Of a DNA stretch of 64,000 nt, positions 60,788-64,000 are shown in pieces; the first letter of the stretch is position 1; every line of letters starts with the position of its first letter. The notes beneath the pieces were generated by a model that worked only from the letters and a program-made list of their open reading frames with translations, searched no databases and was not told the DNA's origin. The position numbers and the translations under genes are program-made. The stretch spans positions 512,001 through 576,000 of the forward strand of contig CBDCRW010000005.1 in the NCBI GenBank assembly GCA_965221125.1. The letters are read 5' to 3'. Source of the stretch: Alphaproteobacteria bacterium. Its GTDB lineage: Bacteria; Pseudomonadota; Alphaproteobacteria; UBA828.

Positions 60788-62398
60788 CTATCGCGCGCGC
60801 TTGCGCTCCCGCAGGTCGTGACAGCCGGCGACCGTGCGCGGGTCCACCTCGGCGGGGAAGAGGCTCACCTTCTGCACCTTCTGGGTGCTGGTCACCGGCA
60901 GCGTGTCGAGGAACAGCAGGTAGCCCGGCGCCTTGTAGTAGGCGAGCCGCTCCAGGCAGAGGGTCTGCAGCGCCTCCGCCGCCGCCAGATCCGCGCCCGC
61001 GCCCGCCGCAGGCACGATGCAGGCCATGACCTCCTCCTGCCGCAGCTCGTCGGGCACCGCGATCACCGCCGCCTGGGCCACGCGCTCGTCCGCCTGCAGC
61101 ACCGCTTCGACTTCGGCGGCGGCGATGTTCTCGCCGCTGCGGCGGATGATGTTCTTCTTGCGGTCGACGAAGCAGAGCATGCCGTCCGCCGCCTGTGTCA
61201 CTACGTCGCCGGTGTGGAACCAGCCGCCCCGCCAGGCTTCAGCAGTCGCCTGCGCGTCCTTCAAATAGCCGGAGAAGAGCCCGCGCCTCGGATCGTCCCC
61301 GGTCATCCGCAGCGTGAGCTCGCCCGGAACGCCCGGCGGAACCTCGCGGTCGCTGTCGTCGACGACGCGCACCTCGCAGCCGGCGAGGGGGCGGCCGAAG
61401 GCGCGCGTGTCGACCTGCCTGGGCTCCACGCTCGCCCACGTGGGCATCGCCACTTCGGTCATGCCCCAGCCCTCGATGAGCGGAAAGCCGAAGCGCGCCT
61501 CGAAGGCCTCGTGATGCTTGGGGTCGATGCCCGCGCCGGCACCGAAACGCACAGCATGGGCGCGGTCCTCGGGCCCCGGCGGCAGGCTGAGCAGAAGCGG
61601 CGGCATGATGCCGAGATAGTGGATGATCGTCGCCCCGGTCGCCGCCACGTCGGCCCACCAGCTCCTGGGATGGAAGCGATCGGCCATGACGATGCAGCCG
61701 GCGGCGCTCAGCATCGCCATGCTGCCGATGGCGAGCGCATTCGCGTGGTGGAGCGGCAGCGGGTTGAGCAGCCGCTCGCAGCCGTCCTCCAGCGCCATCA
61801 GGCCGCCCGCCTCGCGATACCAGCGCGCCGCGTTCAGGAAATAGCGGTTGGTGAGGATGCAGCCCTTCGGCCGCCCCGTGGTGCCCGAGGTGTAGAGCAG
61901 CGCCGCCTCGTCGTCGGCGCCGGGGGCGCCCCCGCTTGGGCTCATGCGGGGCGCCGGCAGCCGGGCAGGAAGGTCGGCGGCATCGACGATGGGCGGCGGA
62001 GCGGCGGAGCCGGCGACGGCGGCCTCCACATCGCCCAGCCGCTCCGGCACCGAGACCACCAGGGCAGCCTCCGAGTGGTCGAGGAGATAGATCGTCTCGT
62101 CCCGCCGATAGGCCGGGTTGATCGGCACGATGCCGCAACCCAAGGCATTGAGCGCCCACCAGTGCAGGTGGAATTCGGGCCGGTTCTCCAGCAGCAGCGC
62201 CACGCGGAGGCCGCGGCCATAGCCTGCCGCCCGATAGAGGGCGCTGAGCGCCGCCACCCGCTCGCGCGCGTCGCGGTAGCCGATCTCGATGCCGTCGGGG
62301 TGGTAGGGCCTGCCCGCCATGAGCGGGGCGCAGAGGCAGCCGCCCGCCGGCGCACGCCTGGCCGCCGCTTCGAACAGCTCGAACACCGTCTCCGTCAT
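60788..62398 (-). CDS. CaiC-like acyl-CoA ligase (AMP-binding)
   Basis: LYTSGTTGRPKG, GWGMTE, WFHTGD, RKKNIIRRSGENI. Confidence 0.92.
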   Translation of the reverse strand: MTETVFELFEAAARRAPAGGCLCAPLMAGRPYHPDGIEIGYRDARERVAALSALYRAAGYGRGLRVALLLENRPEFHLHWWALNALGCGIVPINPAYRRDETIYLLDHSEAALVVSVPERLGDVEAAVAGSAAPPPIVDAADLPARLPAPRMSPSGGAPGADDEAALLYTSGTTGRPKGCILTNRYFLNAARWYREAGGLMALEDGCERLLNPLPLHHANALAIGSMAMLSAAGCIVMADRFHPRSWWADVAATGATIIHYLGIMPPLLLSLPPGPEDRAHAVRFGAGAGIDPKHHEAFEARFGFPLIEGWGMTEVAMPTWASVEPRQVDTRAFGRPLAGCEVRVVDDSDREVPPGVPGELTLRMTGDDPRRGLFSGYLKDAQATAEAWRGGWFHTGDVVTQAADGMLCFVDRKKNIIRRSGENIAAAEVEAVLQADERVAQAAVIAVPDELRQEEVMACIVPAAGAGADLAAAEALQTLCLERLAYYKAPGYLLFLDTLPVTSTQKVQKVSLFPAEVDPRTVAGCHDLRERKRAR

Positions 62399-62502
62399 CG
62401 CCGCCCCGTTTGTTGACCGCCGCGCCCTGGGGAAACTACCTTCTCGCCCGCCGATGATGCGCGCCGGACCCGCCGGCCGCCGCCGGCGCGGAGACCATGC
62501 CC

Positions 62503-63252
62503 ATGGGCGCCATCGAGGACAAATACTTCCACCGCCCCGCAGGCGAGATCACGCTGTTGCCGCCCATCGACATCGAGCTTGGGCGGACGGCCCTCGTCGT
62601 GATCGACATGCAATATCACGACGCCCACCCGGAGCAAGGCGTCGTCGCCGCGCTGGAAAAGCTCTATCCGGGCTCGACGGCCTACTATGCCGAGCGCCTC
62701 GCCACCGTGGTGCCCGCCATTCGCCGCCTGCTCGATCATGCGCGCGCCACCGGGCTCGAGGTGATCCACGTGGTGGTCGGCTCCAGCCATCGCGACCTGC
62801 GCGACTTCAACAAGCGCATGCGGAGCTGGATCCTCGACCTGCAGGAGCGCTCCGGCATGGCCGATTTCTACTGGACGGAATCGCCCACGTACCAAATCCT
62901 GGAGGAGCTGACGCCGGCGGACGGCGAGACCGTGTTCCAGAAGCGGAGCTACGGCGCCTTCAACAGCACCAACTTCGAGAACCTGCTGCGCGAGATGGGG
63001 ATCGACACCCTGCTCGTCACCGGCTGCGTCACCAACTACTGCGTCGAGACGACCGTGCGCGACGCGGCGGACCGCGGCTTCGCCTGCGCGCTGATCGACG
63101 AGGCGGTGGCGGGCTTCAGCCAGGAGTCCCACGACGCGACGCTCGCCTCGCTGCGGGGCGGCTTCGCCGCCGTCATCCCGACGGTGGACGGCGCGGTGGC
63201 GATGCTGGACGAGATCGCAGGGCGCGCCGCACCGCGCGCCGCGGCCGAGTAG
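62503..63252 (+). CDS. Isochorismatase-family cysteine hydrolase
   Basis: Asp-Lys-Cys triad in ALVVIDMQ, QKRSYGAF and GCVTNYCVETT. Also RDAADRGF. Confidence 0.9.
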   Translation: MGAIEDKYFHRPAGEITLLPPIDIELGRTALVVIDMQYHDAHPEQGVVAALEKLYPGSTAYYAERLATVVPAIRRLLDHARATGLEVIHVVVGSSHRDLRDFNKRMRSWILDLQERSGMADFYWTESPTYQILEELTPADGETVFQKRSYGAFNSTNFENLLREMGIDTLLVTGCVTNYCVETTVRDAADRGFACALIDEAVAGFSQESHDATLASLRGGFAAVIPTVDGAVAMLDEIAGRAAPRAAAE

Positions 63253-63262
63253 GGGGCGCGGC

Positions 63263-63508
63263 ATGGGCAAGTTCTACGAACCCGATCTCGGCGCGAGCCC
63301 GGACGACCCCTTCGCCCGCGACGGCGAGGGCAAGCTCATCCGGCGCGGCTTCTGGCTCGACATGAGCGACCGCTCGCTGGTGCTCGCCATGACGCAGGGC
63401 ATCGGCGCCGCGCTCAGCAACGACCACAAGCGCGCTCACCTGGCCGACATCGGCCGTGCCCACGTGATCGACCAGGTCTGCGTTCAGGAGATCCTGCCGC
63501 CGGAGTGA
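63263..63508 (+). CDS. Hypothetical protein (81 aa)
   Basis: MGKFYEPDLG..., typical codon usage, starts 10 nt after the hydrolase stop. Confidence 0.7.
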   Translation: MGKFYEPDLGASPDDPFARDGEGKLIRRGFWLDMSDRSLVLAMTQGIGAALSNDHKRAHLADIGRAHVIDQVCVQEILPPE

Positions 63509-63521
63509 CGGACGGATTGGC

Positions 63522-64000
63522 CTACGACCAGCCTGCGGACAGCAGATCGGAGGCCCGCTCGGCGACGGCGACGATGGCCGCGTTGACCGGGCCGGTGGTG
63601 AGGCTCGGCAGGATCGAGCCGTCGACGACGTGAAGCCCCGGCACGCCCGCGACCGAGAGGTCGGGACGGACCACGGCGCCGGGGTCCGTCCCCATCCGGC
63701 AGGTCCCGACCGGATGGTGGTGGGTGAAGGCGGCGTGCTCGATGAAGGCCAGTCGCGCGTCGTGGCTCGCGAGGTCGCCCGGCTGCGGCAACAGCTCCTC
63801 GCCGCGCCACGGCGCATAGGCGTCCGCCCCGCCGAGGCGCCGCGCCCAGTCGAGCGCCTCCAGGAACAGCAGGCGGTCCTGCGCCGCGCTGAGATAGGCC
63901 GGATCGACGATCGGCTTCGCGTGCGGGTCCGCCGAGGCGATGGTGAGACGGCCGCGGCTCTGCGGGTGCGTGATGCCGAACATCAGGGTGTACGCCGCGC
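63522..64000 (-). CDS. GMC oxidoreductase, pyridoxine 4-oxidase-like (3' part only)
   Basis: AYTLMFGITHPQSRG, DPAYL, THHHPVGTCRMG, VVDGSILP, TGPVNAA. The frame continues past the window end. Confidence 0.8.
   Translation of the reverse strand, partial: AAYTLMFGITHPQSRGRLTIASADPHAKPIVDPAYLSAAQDRLLFLEALDWARRLGGADAYAPWRGEELLPQPGDLASHDARLAFIEHAAFTHHHPVGTCRMGTDPGAVVRPDLSVAGVPGLHVVDGSILPSLTTGPVNAAIVAVAERASDLLSAGWS

Overview
High-GC alphaproteobacterial chromosome segment (Rhodospirillales-like by gene content; inference) spanning the replication-origin region. It carries coaE-aroE-maf-PPDK regulator, a probable oriC, hemE-hemH-hemJ-dcd-rho, and an oppositely oriented mnmE-mnmG-rsmG(with parS)-parA-parB block. 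Further housekeeping genes follow: trpE(G), panB, panC, argB, engB, yidC-yidD-rnpA-rpmH, nudC, ygfZ, ppdK, glyQS, moaB and a UDG. Accessory material includes an orphan Wzm-like permease, a lower-GC Fic gene, an orphan N4-C-type methyltransferase and a TbpB-like lipoprotein. There is also a ~270-bp MITE-like element whose end recurs at 9280, next to a 12-unit 10-bp-periodic array. The best candidate for an undescribed system is ureF-ureAB(fused)-ureC-amidohydrolase. Its UreC keeps the metal ligands but has remodelled substrate loops, and the CodA-like partner lacks the usual catalytic residues, which suggests a pathway for a substrate other than urea. Other oddities are a YidC with a ~310-aa charged tail, a low-GC mosaic segment in glyS, a 30-bp-period hairpin array and two unannotated small membrane proteins. 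No rRNA, tRNA or CRISPR array was recognised. All calls come from motif recognition by eye; no searches were run.
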